In this document: in pieces, positions 31,262-41,442 of the stretch
Numbering within the stretch: the stretch's first letter is position 1
How the letters are laid out: the number at the start of each line of letters is the position of its first letter
Virus record (IMG/VR): IMGVR_UViG_3300042197_002234
Coordinates: 131,528 to 195,527 of that record
Length of the DNA: 64,000 nt
Direction: 5' to 3' (one strand)
Source: a virus
Notes under the pieces: generated by a model
The model's database searches: none
Told to the model about the DNA's origin: nothing
Seen by the model: only the letters and a program-made list of their open reading frames with translations
Made by a program: the position numbers and the translations under genes

Positions 31262-32476
31262 TTAATTCGATAAAGGTGCTTTAATTGTTGGGTGTGATTG
31301 ATAGTTTTCTATTGTGAAATCATTAGGTTCTAAATGAGTAAACAGCGATACATCATCAGATAATGACTTGTAAAAATCATCAGTTTTCATCATTACTAAT
31401 TTTGGTAATTCATAAGGTGTTCTACTAATCTGCTCTTTTGCTTGTTCAATGTGGTTGCTGTAAAGGTGTACGTCTCCTAAGTTACCAATCAATTCATCTG
31501 GAACCATATTAACCATTTTGGCAATGATGTGGAGTAATAAACCATAAGATGCTATGTTGAATGGTAAACCTAAGAATGTATCTACTGAACGTTGATTCCA
31601 CATTAGAGAGATTGCTCGTTTAGGAATATTGTTCATAGTTAATAACTCTTGAACTGTATCAGTTATTTTCTCACCTTCATATCCTTTCGGATTATGCAGT
31701 TTAACAAATAATTTAATTCTTTCTTCATCACTTAACTCTCTTGTATAAACTTGAAATCCATAATGACAAGGTGGAAGAACCATTTGGTCTAATTCACCTA
31801 CATTCCAGGCCGAAACCATTAGTCGTCTTGAATCTGGATTTGTTTTAAGTTCGTTGATTAGGTTTGCAATTTGGTCTATTGAATTGTTTTGGTATTCTAT
31901 TTTAACACCATACTTGGTAACATCTTCACCATTTTCAATTGCCTTTATTACTTTATATTGGTCAGAACCTTTTACATCTTTTAAGTCATAATTAGTCACA
32001 TTCTTTCTACCCCAACTTCTCCATTGCTTACCATAAATGGAACCGAGGTCACCCCACTTCTTAGCAAACTCATCATCTGTTTTGATTCGCTCAATAAACT
32101 CATCTTTAGAGTAAGGTTCAATAGTCGGTACTCCGTTTGTATCAACAGAGTATGATTTTAAGTAACGAACAATATCCTTATCACGAATTACTTTATGTAA
32201 GTAGTTCTTATAAGCATCACCATCCCAAATATGACAATCATTATCAACAAGGTATTTGATGTTTGTATCGCCTTTCAAAAACCATAACAATTCAGTTACA
32301 ATTTGTTTCCAAGCCATCTTTTTAGTTGTGAGTAGCGGAAACCCATCACTCATTTTATGACGGATTGTATAACCAAAAATAGATTTGGTACCAGTTCCTG
32401 TCCTATCTTGTTTTTCAACCCCATAGTCAAGAATATCTTGAACTAATTGGAGGTATTGTTTGTCAATTCTATTCAT
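31262..32476 (-). CDS. thyA: Thymidylate synthase with three insertions
   Basis: DRTGTGT, FPLLTTKK, ELLWF, PDSRR, LPPCH, WNQRSVD.FLGLPFNIASY, HLYSNH. Confidence 0.96.
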   Translation of the reverse strand: MNRIDKQYLQLVQDILDYGVEKQDRTGTGTKSIFGYTIRHKMSDGFPLLTTKKMAWKQIVTELLWFLKGDTNIKYLVDNDCHIWDGDAYKNYLHKVIRDKDIVRYLKSYSVDTNGVPTIEPYSKDEFIERIKTDDEFAKKWGDLGSIYGKQWRSWGRKNVTNYDLKDVKGSDQYKVIKAIENGEDVTKYGVKIEYQNNSIDQIANLINELKTNPDSRRLMVSAWNVGELDQMVLPPCHYGFQVYTRELSDEERIKLFVKLHNPKGYEGEKITDTVQELLTMNNIPKRAISLMWNQRSVDTFLGLPFNIASYGLLLHIIAKMVNMVPDELIGNLGDVHLYSNHIEQAKEQISRTPYELPKLVMMKTDDFYKSLSDDVSLFTHLEPNDFTIENYQSHPTIKAPLSN

Positions 32477-32477
32477 A

Positions 32478-32663
32478 TTAATAAGTTTGTTGTACTGTTA
32501 GTGCATAACTAAAATTTAACCACCCAAGATTAACACCAAATGCTGGGGTATATAATCCAGTTTCTAAAAATCTACGTTTGTCATACCAAATAGAAACACA
32601 TGGTACTATCATATAGTAACCAACGTGTTTAAAAAATTTGTTTGTTTCAATAGACCATCTCAT
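32478..32663 (-). CDS. Hypothetical protein
   Basis: 61-aa ORF in operon. Confidence 0.5.
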   Translation of the reverse strand: MRWSIETNKFFKHVGYYMIVPCVSIWYDKRRFLETGLYTPAFGVNLGWLNFSYALTVQQTY

Positions 32664-32673
32664 TGTTTATATT

Positions 32674-33072
32674 TTAAGTTATTCTTATCCATTTTCTGTC
32701 CGAATTTAATACAAATCCACCAATAAAACAATCTTTTCTGTTCCATTCTTCAGGTGATATTAGTGAAAGAGTGTTAATTCCATTAAAATCATATAAATAA
32801 TAGGTTTTTCCAACGATAGGGTCAAATGAAATTTTGGATTCCCACACCAAAACTGAATCTGAGTACTCCTGATACAATTTTTCAATCTTTTCTACTATTT
32901 CTCGTTTTTCTCTCTCAAAAACCTCAATCATTTTTTTAGATGACTCAGTTTTTATAAGACCTACATTGGGTAAATCAAAACTTGGGGCACCCAAATTAGT
33001 CGGATATGACTTAATTTTAGCGTCATACCCATTTTCTTCACTCCAAACTATTAAATCAGGTTTTTTATTCAT
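32674..33072 (-). CDS. DUF2452-like protein
   Basis: SFDPIVGKTYYLY...LSLISPEEW...G.F.LNSD..W. Confidence 0.65.
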   Translation of the reverse strand: MNKKPDLIVWSEENGYDAKIKSYPTNLGAPSFDLPNVGLIKTESSKKMIEVFEREKREIVEKIEKLYQEYSDSVLVWESKISFDPIVGKTYYLYDFNGINTLSLISPEEWNRKDCFIGGFVLNSDRKWIRIT

Positions 33073-33305
33073 ATTCTACTTACAGCAAATTCGTATCCCG
33101 TGAAGTTTGTGAAATAATCGGTCAACAATAATCCTTTACTATCAAAATTATCACATTTAATTTCTACAAAAACAGCGGGTACGTCTGAAACCCACTCACC
33201 ATTTTCATTTAATTGATTTCTTTCTAAAAGTTGATAACTAACGACCTGTATGTTTTGGTCAGGATACAGCTTAGTTAGCATTTTTTCAAAAATTTCACGT
33301 CTCAC
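33069..33305 (-). CDS. Hypothetical protein
   Basis: 78-aa ORF coupled to downstream gene. Confidence 0.55.
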   Translation of the reverse strand: MRREIFEKMLTKLYPDQNIQVVSYQLLERNQLNENGEWVSDVPAVFVEIKCDNFDSKGLLLTDYFTNFTGYEFAVSRI

Positions 33306-33427
33306 GCTTAAAATTAAGTAATATATGAAGATTTATCAATAATTCTTATCTAACGACTTGTTAAATTAAAATTTTACTAGTATCTTTGTGGTGTAATTAA
33401 TGTTAAACAAAAATAATTAAGAAAAAA

Positions 33428-33664
33428 ATGGCAACAAAATCAGGAACAAAAGGACGGTACATTTGCAAGGTAGGTTTTTACGACGTTTACGCAAAAGATT
33501 CAATGAAAAAAGGGTCTAATGGTAAAGAAATGGTTGGTTCAACAGAATATTTGGTGTATCATTCCAAAAAAGTGGTTGAGAAAGGATTTAAAACTAAACA
33601 TTTGGCGGTGGCCAAGGCTACTGATTTGTTGGGTGATAAATATAGAGGTGTTTACGGTCTCTAA
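33428..33664 (+). CDS. Basic hypothetical protein
   Basis: TATCTTTG promoter 33381-33388; followed by terminator. Confidence 0.6.
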   Translation: MATKSGTKGRYICKVGFYDVYAKDSMKKGSNGKEMVGSTEYLVYHSKKVVEKGFKTKHLAVAKATDLLGDKYRGVYGL

Positions 33665-33669
33665 AAAAT

Positions 33670-33699
33670 GAAAAAGTCGGAATTTCCGACTTTTTTTAT
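33670..33699 (+). terminator. Intrinsic terminator
   Basis: AAAAAGTCGGAATTTCCGACTTTTTT hairpin. Confidence 0.7.
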
Positions 33700-33747
33700 T
33701 TGAATTTAATTCATTTTATAACTATACTTAGGAGAAACAAATATTTT

Positions 33748-34422
33748 ATGAATTTAGGTAAAGATTTTAAAAAGTACGCTAAAAGTGAGTACAACTTGTC
33801 GTCAATGAATCTTCATTATTTTGGTCAACAAATTGAAGATTCCATGACACCTTACATTTTAGAGGAAAGAGAAATGAGAGCAACTCAAATTGATATTTTT
33901 TCACGATTAATGAGAGATAGGTTATTGTGGGTTGCAGGTCCTGTTGATGATAGAATGTCAACTGTGGTTCAAGCACAACTTATGTACTTGGATTCTGTAG
34001 ATTCTACCGATATTACAATGCACATTGATAGTCCAGGTGGTTCAGTTAAGTCGGGTCTAAGTATGGTTGACGTTATGGACTACATTAAATGTGATATTAG
34101 GACTGTAAACACAGGTATGGCGGCTTCAATGGGTTCTGTATTACTTGGGGCTGGAACTAAAGGTAAACGTTCTTCACTTAGATTCTCTCGTACAATGTTA
34201 CACCAATCTTCAGGTGGATTCAGAGGTAATATTCAAGACGCGGAAATTGACATGGTTGAATGGAAAAAGATAAATCAAATACTTTTTGATTTATTAGGTT
34301 CTTATTGTGGTAAACCCGCAAAACAAGTTATGAAAGACGCTAGTCGTGATTTGTGGTTGAGTTCAGAAGAAGCTTTAAAGTATGGAATAATCGACGAGAT
34401 TGTAACTAACAAGAAAAAATAA
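33748..34422 (+). CDS. clpP: ATP-dependent Clp protease proteolytic subunit
   Basis: DIFSRLMRDR, IDSPGGSV, GMAASMG (Ser), MLHQ (His), DASRD.W. Confidence 0.96.
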   Translation: MNLGKDFKKYAKSEYNLSSMNLHYFGQQIEDSMTPYILEEREMRATQIDIFSRLMRDRLLWVAGPVDDRMSTVVQAQLMYLDSVDSTDITMHIDSPGGSVKSGLSMVDVMDYIKCDIRTVNTGMAASMGSVLLGAGTKGKRSSLRFSRTMLHQSSGGFRGNIQDAEIDMVEWKKINQILFDLLGSYCGKPAKQVMKDASRDLWLSSEEALKYGIIDEIVTNKKK

Positions 34423-34443
34423 AAGGGGTTAAAACCCCTTTTT

Positions 34444-34701
34444 TTATTTTAAATTACGATTAACATAAACATAAGTTATTGTATCACCAATTTTGTAGGT
34501 ATTACCACGATAAGAAATCAATTCAGTTCCACAATCTGTTTTATAAGTGTATAGTGGTTCATACTCTAATGTACTTTGACTTTGATGTTGTTTCATCTCA
34601 GTAATAACACATTTGAAAACCAAATCGTTTTTACTTATCTCATGTTTATTTTTACAAGAAAATATTAAAAGTATTGTAATAGATGATAATAGTTTTTTCA
34701 T
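34444..34701 (-). CDS. Putative lipoprotein
   Basis: MKKLLSSITILLIFSC lipobox. Confidence 0.6.
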   Translation of the reverse strand: MKKLLSSITILLIFSCKNKHEISKNDLVFKCVITEMKQHQSQSTLEYEPLYTYKTDCGTELISYRGNTYKIGDTITYVYVNRNLK

Positions 34702-34744
34702 TTAACTAATATAGTTAAAATAATAAAAAGTGTCAAATTATATT

Positions 34745-35209
34745 TTACTTAATATTTGGTATGATAGTACCAAATATGTTTCGTATATTATCACCCAGTG
34801 ATTTTTTCCATTTTTGATAAATTTCATCATCTCCAACACCTGAAGTCCCCATAGTTCCTGAGGTCCCTAGCATACCAATAATTCCCTTAGAAGATGCGAC
34901 AATATCCATATAACCTTTCGCATCATTTTCTGAATTATACTCTATAAAATAATTTTTAAAAGCACTAATTTTTTTCCATAAATCAGGATTACTTTTTTCT
35001 AAAGTTAATGGGTCAACACCATTGGTTTCATTTTTAAGTTTAACGTACATTTTGAACTTAGTACTATTAGGTACATTTGATTTACCAACATACCATTGGT
35101 TACCATCACTATCTACTTTAGTTATTGTAGTCCCTGTTGTTGCTTCAATTAAAAATCTTCTTTCTAATAAAAGATTTGCTTGCTCAATTGCTCTTTTTTT
35201 ATTACTCAT
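34745..35209 (-). CDS. Hypothetical protein with NLLLERRFLIE leader
   Basis: 154-aa ORF; leader-like N-terminus. Confidence 0.6.
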   Translation of the reverse strand: MSNKKRAIEQANLLLERRFLIEATTGTTITKVDSDGNQWYVGKSNVPNSTKFKMYVKLKNETNGVDPLTLEKSNPDLWKKISAFKNYFIEYNSENDAKGYMDIVASSKGIIGMLGTSGTMGTSGVGDDEIYQKWKKSLGDNIRNIFGTIIPNIK

Positions 35210-35702
35210 TTTGTTTAAAAGTTTCTATGTTTATAGTTACTAAAGTTTCATATTTTCCAAAATTACCATCATGTATATAGTATATTTTAATTTCATCGGG
35301 TAATAAATTATACAGATAGTTAATATATTCATTTAATTCTTTTCTAACATCATATAATCTATCAAATAATTCTTCATCATTTCTATAATTTTCTTCCTGA
35401 CCCTTTTCTTTGAAAAAAACGCTGAGAGACCCTGAATAGAGCTCACTAGGGGATTCTTGGTATAATTTTAAATAATAATCCCTAACATCTAAATCCAAAA
35501 TTTCAGATAGTTCTAAAATATCAATGAATAGATTGATGTATAATGTTGTTGAATATTTTTCAAAGTCTTTGCTAAACTCCCATCCTTTAATATATGGATT
35601 TTTTTTCTTAGTTGCGTTAATAACCATATTCAAACCTTTAATTTGGTCTTTATTAAAGTTATTATCTCTATATGAAATTGGAGTCATATTGATAAATATC
35701 AA
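35202..35702 (-). CDS. Hypothetical protein
   Basis: 166-aa ORF; true start may be the second Met. Confidence 0.55.
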   Translation of the reverse strand: MIFINMTPISYRDNNFNKDQIKGLNMVINATKKKNPYIKGWEFSKDFEKYSTTLYINLFIDILELSEILDLDVRDYYLKLYQESPSELYSGSLSVFFKEKGQEENYRNDEELFDRLYDVRKELNEYINYLYNLLPDEIKIYYIHDGNFGKYETLVTINIETFKQNE

Positions 35703-35741
35703 TATAAATAAAAAACCCTCGATTTAGGGTTTTAATACTGT

Positions 35742-35933
35742 TTATCTACCTGACATCAAAACATTAATTTGATTCATAATCCTAACCTGTAATGACTCAA
35801 GTTTTCTAATCTCAGCAATTTGATTAGGATTTAGGTCTATATTCTGACCTTTAATCTCATTAATTTTATTGTGTAATCTGGTGTGTTCATTTAATAAACT
35901 ACCATACATTTCGGCTTTCTGTTGCTCTGTCAT
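35742..35933 (-). CDS. Small coiled-coil protein
   Basis: 63-aa helical ORF. Confidence 0.55.
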   Translation of the reverse strand: MTEQQKAEMYGSLLNEHTRLHNKINEIKGQNIDLNPNQIAEIRKLESLQVRIMNQINVLMSGR

Positions 35934-35971
35934 ATTTTAAATTTAATTTTTATTTTTATTATGTAAATATA

Positions 35972-36349
35972 TTAACCCCTTTCTCGGTCAACTTTTTTAA
36001 CTTCTAAGTTAAAAGTATTTTCAAACCAATCTTTAAGGAGTTTTTCAAAAATTTCAACGCCCAAAATAGAGATTATGTTTCTAAACTCCCATTCACCATA
36101 CAATAATAAAGGAACCTCGTCTTTTGTAGCTGAATCACCCTCATATTCATGATATTGTAAAACCCATTCGTCATCTTCCCAATCCGCCTCAACATCTTTA
36201 TAAAAATTAACCACATCAATATCAGAGTATCTACCTTTTTCTTGTACCCAATAATCATAACTTTTGTCGGCACTTTCTAATAAAGAATATTCTTTCATTA
36301 AAGAGTTGAATACTGATGATAATTGATTTTGATTAATTTTTATATCCAT
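35972..36349 (-). CDS. W[VF]E-family small protein, array-less paralog
   Basis: C-terminus LLKDWFENTFNLEVKKVD; start reassigned to MDIKINQ after GTATTTAT. Confidence 0.65.
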   Translation of the reverse strand: MDIKINQNQLSSVFNSLMKEYSLLESADKSYDYWVQEKGRYSDIDVVNFYKDVEADWEDDEWVLQYHEYEGDSATKDEVPLLLYGEWEFRNIISILGVEIFEKLLKDWFENTFNLEVKKVDRERG

Positions 36350-36423
36350 AACAATAAATACTTTAAAAAACAAAAACCCCACCTTGTGAGTGGGGATTAG
36401 GTAATTTAGTATGTAAAAATAAA

Positions 36424-36597
36424 TTAAGCCTTAGCTTTTTCAACAACTGACCAAATAGTACCAACTAGTGTAATAACACCACCGATAATTTCAGAAGCAA
36501 TTGTTTCATCAATTAGTCCTTTAGTAATTAAAACACCACCCACAAATGTTAAAGTGTGTCTTACAATTCCAAGTACTTGTTCTTTAGTTAATTTCAT
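36424..36597 (-). CDS. 57-aa 2-TM holin-like protein (not in ORF track)
   Basis: Manual translation MKLTKEQVLGIVRHTLTFVGGVLITKGLIDETIASEIIGGVITLVGTIWSVVEKAKA. Confidence 0.6.
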   Translation of the reverse strand: MKLTKEQVLGIVRHTLTFVGGVLITKGLIDETIASEIIGGVITLVGTIWSVVEKAKA

Positions 36598-36647
36598 AAT
36601 TTTGTTTTTTTTGTTACGTTTATTAGTTTTATATAAATATCTCTTAA

Positions 36648-37472
36648 CTAACTAATTTTCAATTTAGTTCTGTCATACCCCATATTTTCCCACAAATCAA
36701 AAATTTCTTCTTTAAGTTTTCTATTACTTTCCCATCTGGAATGTCCTGTAAATTTTAATTTAAAATAAACGTATCTTTCATCTGTTGAATAAGACATTGA
36801 ATGTAAAGTGTAATAGTTTGGTAGCTTTTTTATCTCGGGTCTTATTTGTGTTTTATATATTACATCAAACTTATCTTGACCTTTTATTGTATTATATGCA
36901 ATTGTTTTTAAATTACCATGAACCGCACTACCAAATTTAGTACCCATAAAATTAGTCATAAAATCTAATATTCTTTTATTATAATGTAAGTAACCCAAAA
37001 ACTCTTCTTTAGATTTTAACATTTCAATATAGTCTAAAGTATATTCAAACTTAATAATGTATGGTTCGTCTTCGATAATAGTTAGTGTTACGTAATCAGG
37101 TAATTTTACTTGAGCTAAAGATAATTTGAACGCCTTTTCGTATTTTTTAGTAAACTTAACCTTTGGTTGTAGTGTTGGTAGTTTTTTAATCTTTTTATCA
37201 AAGATAAACCTACCTAATTCTATTAATTTTCTATTATTACCACCGTAAACCGTGTTTGAATAATTTATTTCTTCTTTAAACCGTTCAAAATAATTTGTAA
37301 CTAAAAGCGAAAGAGGATATCTTGATGTTTTACTATCAATATTTTTTTTAATCCATTCTCGAAAAACAATAACACCTAATTCGAAAAAATCTTCATCATC
37401 GTATCCAGATGAATCTTCTTTGAGTATATTACTCAGTATCTTGTATTGATATTCATTAACAATTAACTTCAT
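36648..37472 (-). CDS. Hypothetical protein with MKLIVNE leader
   Basis: 274 aa; ATATTTAT upstream. Confidence 0.65.
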   Translation of the reverse strand: MKLIVNEYQYKILSNILKEDSSGYDDEDFFELGVIVFREWIKKNIDSKTSRYPLSLLVTNYFERFKEEINYSNTVYGGNNRKLIELGRFIFDKKIKKLPTLQPKVKFTKKYEKAFKLSLAQVKLPDYVTLTIIEDEPYIIKFEYTLDYIEMLKSKEEFLGYLHYNKRILDFMTNFMGTKFGSAVHGNLKTIAYNTIKGQDKFDVIYKTQIRPEIKKLPNYYTLHSMSYSTDERYVYFKLKFTGHSRWESNRKLKEEIFDLWENMGYDRTKLKIS

Positions 37473-37645
37473 TTAAAGTATCTATGTTATATAAATATTC
37501 AGTAAATCAAGTTTATTACAATAAATAAGACAGTATAAAAGCCGTTAATCCACCACACATTAAAGCGTATATAATATTGTCTTGGTTTTTAATTAAAAAT
37601 CGTTTGTATTTCATAACACAAATATAAAAATAAAGTAGATAAACT

Positions 37646-37972
37646 TCAATTATTTGTGTCTATAATTTGATTAATATATAATTCTACTTTTGGTAACCAC
37701 TCATTAATCATGTATTGCAACTCACCTATTATATTATCAAATTCCTCTCTATCTGAATTTCGATACAAATCAACATAAACTTTTATTTTACTGTAAGGAA
37801 CGATTCTATCAATTATAATTTTATCAATAGAACTAAGTTCGTTGTATTCATCAATTTCACCTAACCCCCATTCTTCAGACTCTTCTCGAATAATATTTAA
37901 TTGGGAGTCTATTAAACCCTGTATAATACTACTAAGTTTGTCTAATTGTTTATCGGTGATTTCAATATTCAT
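37646..37972 (-). CDS. Hypothetical protein with MNIEITDKQL leader
   Basis: GTATTTAT upstream. Confidence 0.6.
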   Translation of the reverse strand: MNIEITDKQLDKLSSIIQGLIDSQLNIIREESEEWGLGEIDEYNELSSIDKIIIDRIVPYSKIKVYVDLYRNSDREEFDNIIGELQYMINEWLPKVELYINQIIDTNN

Positions 37973-38006
37973 TACATATAAATACTTTTTATTTTAAAAA
38001 CAATTA

Positions 38007-38372
38007 CTACACGTTAATAAAAGTTGCCCCTGAAACTACCGCAACTGATTTTACCTCATATTCCCTATATATGTATTTATATTCATCGATACCCTTTTTT
38101 TTCCAATATATTTTAATTTTAATATCAGGTAAAAAACTATCTAACACATCATAAAACCCAAGGTCGACAGTGTATTCATCAATAGTCATAACTATTTTAT
38201 CATCCCTCATAAACTTAAAAACAGGAGTAAATCTGTTTGGGTCATAAACCATAACAAATTCCTCTTTTATGTGTATTGAGTATTCACCATCCTTAACTCC
38301 AACAATCGGTGTTAACTCATGGTAGTCAATTTTAAACAATCTCTCAATTATAGGTATTAGTTTATCATTCAT
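38007..38372 (-). CDS. Hypothetical protein
   Basis: 121-aa ORF. Confidence 0.55.
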   Translation of the reverse strand: MNDKLIPIIERLFKIDYHELTPIVGVKDGEYSIHIKEEFVMVYDPNRFTPVFKFMRDDKIVMTIDEYTVDLGFYDVLDSFLPDIKIKIYWKKKGIDEYKYIYREYEVKSVAVVSGATFINV

Positions 38373-38616
38373 GTGGTATTATTTTTCTATCCGAAAATGA
38401 ATTAATGTTCACATATTCTTCATTTAAATACTCAATAATTTGTGACATTAATTCTGATTCATTTTTGGAACTACGAATACATAATGCTAAAGCACCTGAA
38501 AGTATTTTAGCCATTTCATCTGTTGTTGTTTTTTCACCTTCAGGTAATAGTATATTAAAATAAGCTCTTTCACCGTCGTGTTTAAAATCAACAACAATTC
38601 GTTTTGTTATTTCCAT
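38365..38616 (-). CDS. Hypothetical protein
   Basis: 83-aa ORF. Confidence 0.55.
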   Translation of the reverse strand: MEITKRIVVDFKHDGERAYFNILLPEGEKTTTDEMAKILSGALALCIRSSKNESELMSQIIEYLNEEYVNINSFSDRKIIPHE

Positions 38617-38642
38617 AGAATAAAAATAACAAAATAATAAAA

Positions 38643-38831
38643 CTATGTCAATTTTTTTAAAGACATAAGACTAGGTATAATATCCCCCAATCTAACATTT
38701 AAACTAATACCATCTTTTTTTAGTTGAACATATAGTTCAGGATTATTGGGAATGAAATAAACATTCCCTATTTCATATTTTTCTTTTTTGTAGGTTATAA
38801 TCTGACCTTCAATTATGTGCGCATCTCTCAT
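38643..38831 (-). CDS. Hypothetical protein
   Basis: Divergent ATATTTAT motif at 38837-38844. Confidence 0.55.
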   Translation of the reverse strand: MRDAHIIEGQIITYKKEKYEIGNVYFIPNNPELYVQLKKDGISLNVRLGDIIPSLMSLKKLT

Positions 38832-38866
38832 GGATTATAAATATATTATTATCTATATTTATAGAT

Positions 38867-39361
38867 ATGAGAAACATAAAATTAGAAAAAGCTTTATACA
38901 AAGTTTTTAACAATCTGTTTATAAAAGACAGACTTGATTTTTATGTTGAGGTTAAACCACACAAATTTGACGAAAATTCATATAAAATATACGTATGGTT
39001 AATTATTGACCAATCAAAATATTGGAAGAGTTCGCCAAATTATTCACAAGAATATTTTGATTTTGTTATGTCAATTTTTGAGGGTGATACTGAAGAAACC
39101 TTTAATGAGCTGGGTAAGTATGTAATACACGATAAATTGTTTTTCACTGGTGTTTTTTACAGACTTAGTAATAGGGGCGTATACAAACCATTATTTAATT
39201 CTCTAAAAGAAATGGGAATACATTACGTAATGAAAGAAAGTTATAGATTTCCATATCCTGAAATAATTTTAGATAAAAATATTCCTATGACAGTTGAGGA
39301 TGTTCAGGAAGAATTGAATGATGAATTTAATTTAGATGATATATTAATTTACTTCGGATAA
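38867..39361 (+). CDS. Hypothetical protein
   Basis: ATATTTAT at 38855-38862. Confidence 0.6.
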   Translation: MRNIKLEKALYKVFNNLFIKDRLDFYVEVKPHKFDENSYKIYVWLIIDQSKYWKSSPNYSQEYFDFVMSIFEGDTEETFNELGKYVIHDKLFFTGVFYRLSNRGVYKPLFNSLKEMGIHYVMKESYRFPYPEIILDKNIPMTVEDVQEELNDEFNLDDILIYFG

Positions 39362-39670
39362 TCCTTTACAACCCTCTTCGGATTTTGTTACTACTACCAC
39401 AACAGTCTCAACAGGAATAAAACTCTTAACGAAATTACTAATCTTAGTTTCAATACCCGACGTAAAATATTTGTTAACTAAGGCAAGAATTACTATTGTT
39501 TCATTATTTAAATAACTTGTGGTTACCACCGCAGTATCACAAACATTTTTAGCACCTAAAAATTGTACAACCATTTTTTCTATAGAGTCATCATACTTAC
39601 CCTTTTCAATATTTTCTTTATTGAATTTGGTAATTTCAAATAATTGATTCTCAGTTATAATGATTTTCAT
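39344..39670 (-). CDS. MKIIITE-leader hypothetical protein
   Basis: Leader plus ATATTTAT upstream. Confidence 0.65.
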   Translation of the reverse strand: MKIIITENQLFEITKFNKENIEKGKYDDSIEKMVVQFLGAKNVCDTAVVTTSYLNNETIVILALVNKYFTSGIETKISNFVKSFIPVETVVVVVTKSEEGCKGLSEVN

Positions 39671-39739
39671 ATTGATAAATATGACTTAAAAAGGAATTAC
39701 TCTTTTTACTTGGATTATATTTATAGTTAAACTAAGTTG

Positions 39740-40162
39740 ATGAACATAATTTTAACTTTATTATTGATTTTTAGTTTAATATCGTCTAAAGGTCAGGAAA
39801 TTGTTCCGTCAGTTACCGTAAATAATAAAGGTACTGCAGTACAATTATATTATCAGGAAATATTTAAGGAGGGTGATTTTAAATTTGGACCGAGAGTTGG
39901 TGTAACTTATCACCCGATAAACACAACTTGGTCACATTTTTATTGGCAAAATATTATTGAGTATAAAGGGGTATTTTTTTCACCATTTTGGTTAAGAAGT
40001 TATAACAAATCGATTGGGTATCAAATCCCAACAACTTTGGGTTACAAAGGTGAAACAAATATCGCAGACATTGAAGTGTGGGGTAACTATGTATATCACG
40101 CACGTACTTTTGATTTACACATTGTTATCTCACCTAAAAAACAAAGAATCCCTCTTAATTAA
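39740..40162 (+). CDS. Secreted beta-rich protein
   Basis: Signal peptide; alternating aromatic beta-strand pattern. Confidence 0.55.
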   Translation: MNIILTLLLIFSLISSKGQEIVPSVTVNNKGTAVQLYYQEIFKEGDFKFGPRVGVTYHPINTTWSHFYWQNIIEYKGVFFSPFWLRSYNKSIGYQIPTTLGYKGETNIADIEVWGNYVYHARTFDLHIVISPKKQRIPLN

Positions 40163-40290
40163 AGTTCGCACCATCCAAGACAAACTTTACCGAATGTGAT
40201 TTTTTTAACAAATTTACATAAACACTTTTTCATATTACATTTTTATAGATTTTTATTTTACACTTTGCAAGGTTTTTACTTTACAGATTA

Positions 40291-40656
40291 TTAATAATGG
40301 TCAACGGTTTTAACCTCTTCATTAAAATTATTTTCAAACCATTTGGCCATAACAGGTTTCCATCTATTACCAAATAACCCAAACAGACTACTAACCAAAT
40401 TTTCATCCTCAACCATTAGTATTGGTGACAATTTTTTTCTAAAATCATCATCATTGTACCAATAATCTTCTTTGTAAATACGAAAAATTGTATTGTCGTC
40501 ACCATAATCACCAAGATAATATTGAATTGCATTATCTGATTCATTATACTCATCATCAATATAATAAGTGTAATTAATATCATTAAAGTCATAATACTTG
40601 TCTAAGTAATCGACAATAACCTGAGTTAACTTATCTTCAGTGATAATAATTTTCAT
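40291..40656 (-). CDS. MKIIITE-leader W[VF]E-family protein, array-less
   Basis: C-terminus AKWFENNFNEEVKTVDHY; start reassigned. Confidence 0.7.
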   Translation of the reverse strand: MKIIITEDKLTQVIVDYLDKYYDFNDINYTYYIDDEYNESDNAIQYYLGDYGDDNTIFRIYKEDYWYNDDDFRKKLSPILMVEDENLVSSLFGLFGNRWKPVMAKWFENNFNEEVKTVDHY

Positions 40657-40738
40657 ATAACAATAAATAGTTTGTTTACAGTAAACGTTTACTGTAAACA
40701 AAAATCCCCTCTTTGTGGAGGTAGATTATTTTTTTAAA

Positions 40739-41083
40739 TTAGTTTAAATTTATTTTTACACCACCACCTGGTAATTCCGTACAACTCCATTTACCATTCT
40801 CAATCCCAACATTTTTCTCGTTCCATTTAGTCCAAGTACCGTCAGGTTCAAGGTCAATGGTTACACCACCTTTATCACCAAAAGTGGCACCTTGACTTGG
40901 TATATTTTCAATAAAACTTAAAAAAGGGTAATCACCTAGTTTATATCCAGACTTAAACGTTTTAGATAACTTATCCCAAGGAACTCTACATCCTATTGTC
41001 GTACTTTGCGACTGTTCTTCAGAAATAACTCGTTTAACAATTCTAATTAAATCTGTTTCTGTTAATCTTACAATTTTTGACAT
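40739..41083 (-). CDS. MSKIVRLTE-leader hypothetical protein
   Basis: Leader shared with 44413-44808. Confidence 0.65.
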   Translation of the reverse strand: MSKIVRLTETDLIRIVKRVISEEQSQSTTIGCRVPWDKLSKTFKSGYKLGDYPFLSFIENIPSQGATFGDKGGVTIDLEPDGTWTKWNEKNVGIENGKWSCTELPGGGVKINLN

Positions 41084-41091
41084 AATATTTT

Positions 41092-41442
41092 TTATATATA
41101 AATATTAATTAAATCATCAATTTTTAATCCCAAGGGGGGGATTCCAAGATATTCCATAATGTCATCTTCAGAATACAGTCTATCTCTATTATCTGTAATC
41201 GTGACACGTACAAAATTACTATCACCTTGATTTTGGTATAAGAATTTACCTTTAGGTGTTTCAATAACATACATTGGGCCAAAATTATTTAAATAACGGC
41301 TTAGCATTCTTGACCTAATATAACTAAATTCTTTAGGTAATTCATATTCGTTGGTCACCATATGAATTTTATCGGTCAGGTCAATACCTAATCTGTTCTC
41401 AATGAAATTTTTTAACTTATTCTCGGTGATTATTAACTTCAT
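41092..41442 (-). CDS. MKLIITE-leader hypothetical protein
   Basis: Start reassigned to MKLIITENKL. Confidence 0.65.
   Translation of the reverse strand: MKLIITENKLKNFIENRLGIDLTDKIHMVTNEYELPKEFSYIRSRMLSRYLNNFGPMYVIETPKGKFLYQNQGDSNFVRVTITDNRDRLYSEDDIMEYLGIPPLGLKIDDLINIYI

Noticed and set aside
31262-32476. Intein or intron in the oversized thyA
   Set aside because: The ORF is continuous; the extra length is three short insertions with no Cys/Ser start or His-Asn end splice motifs.
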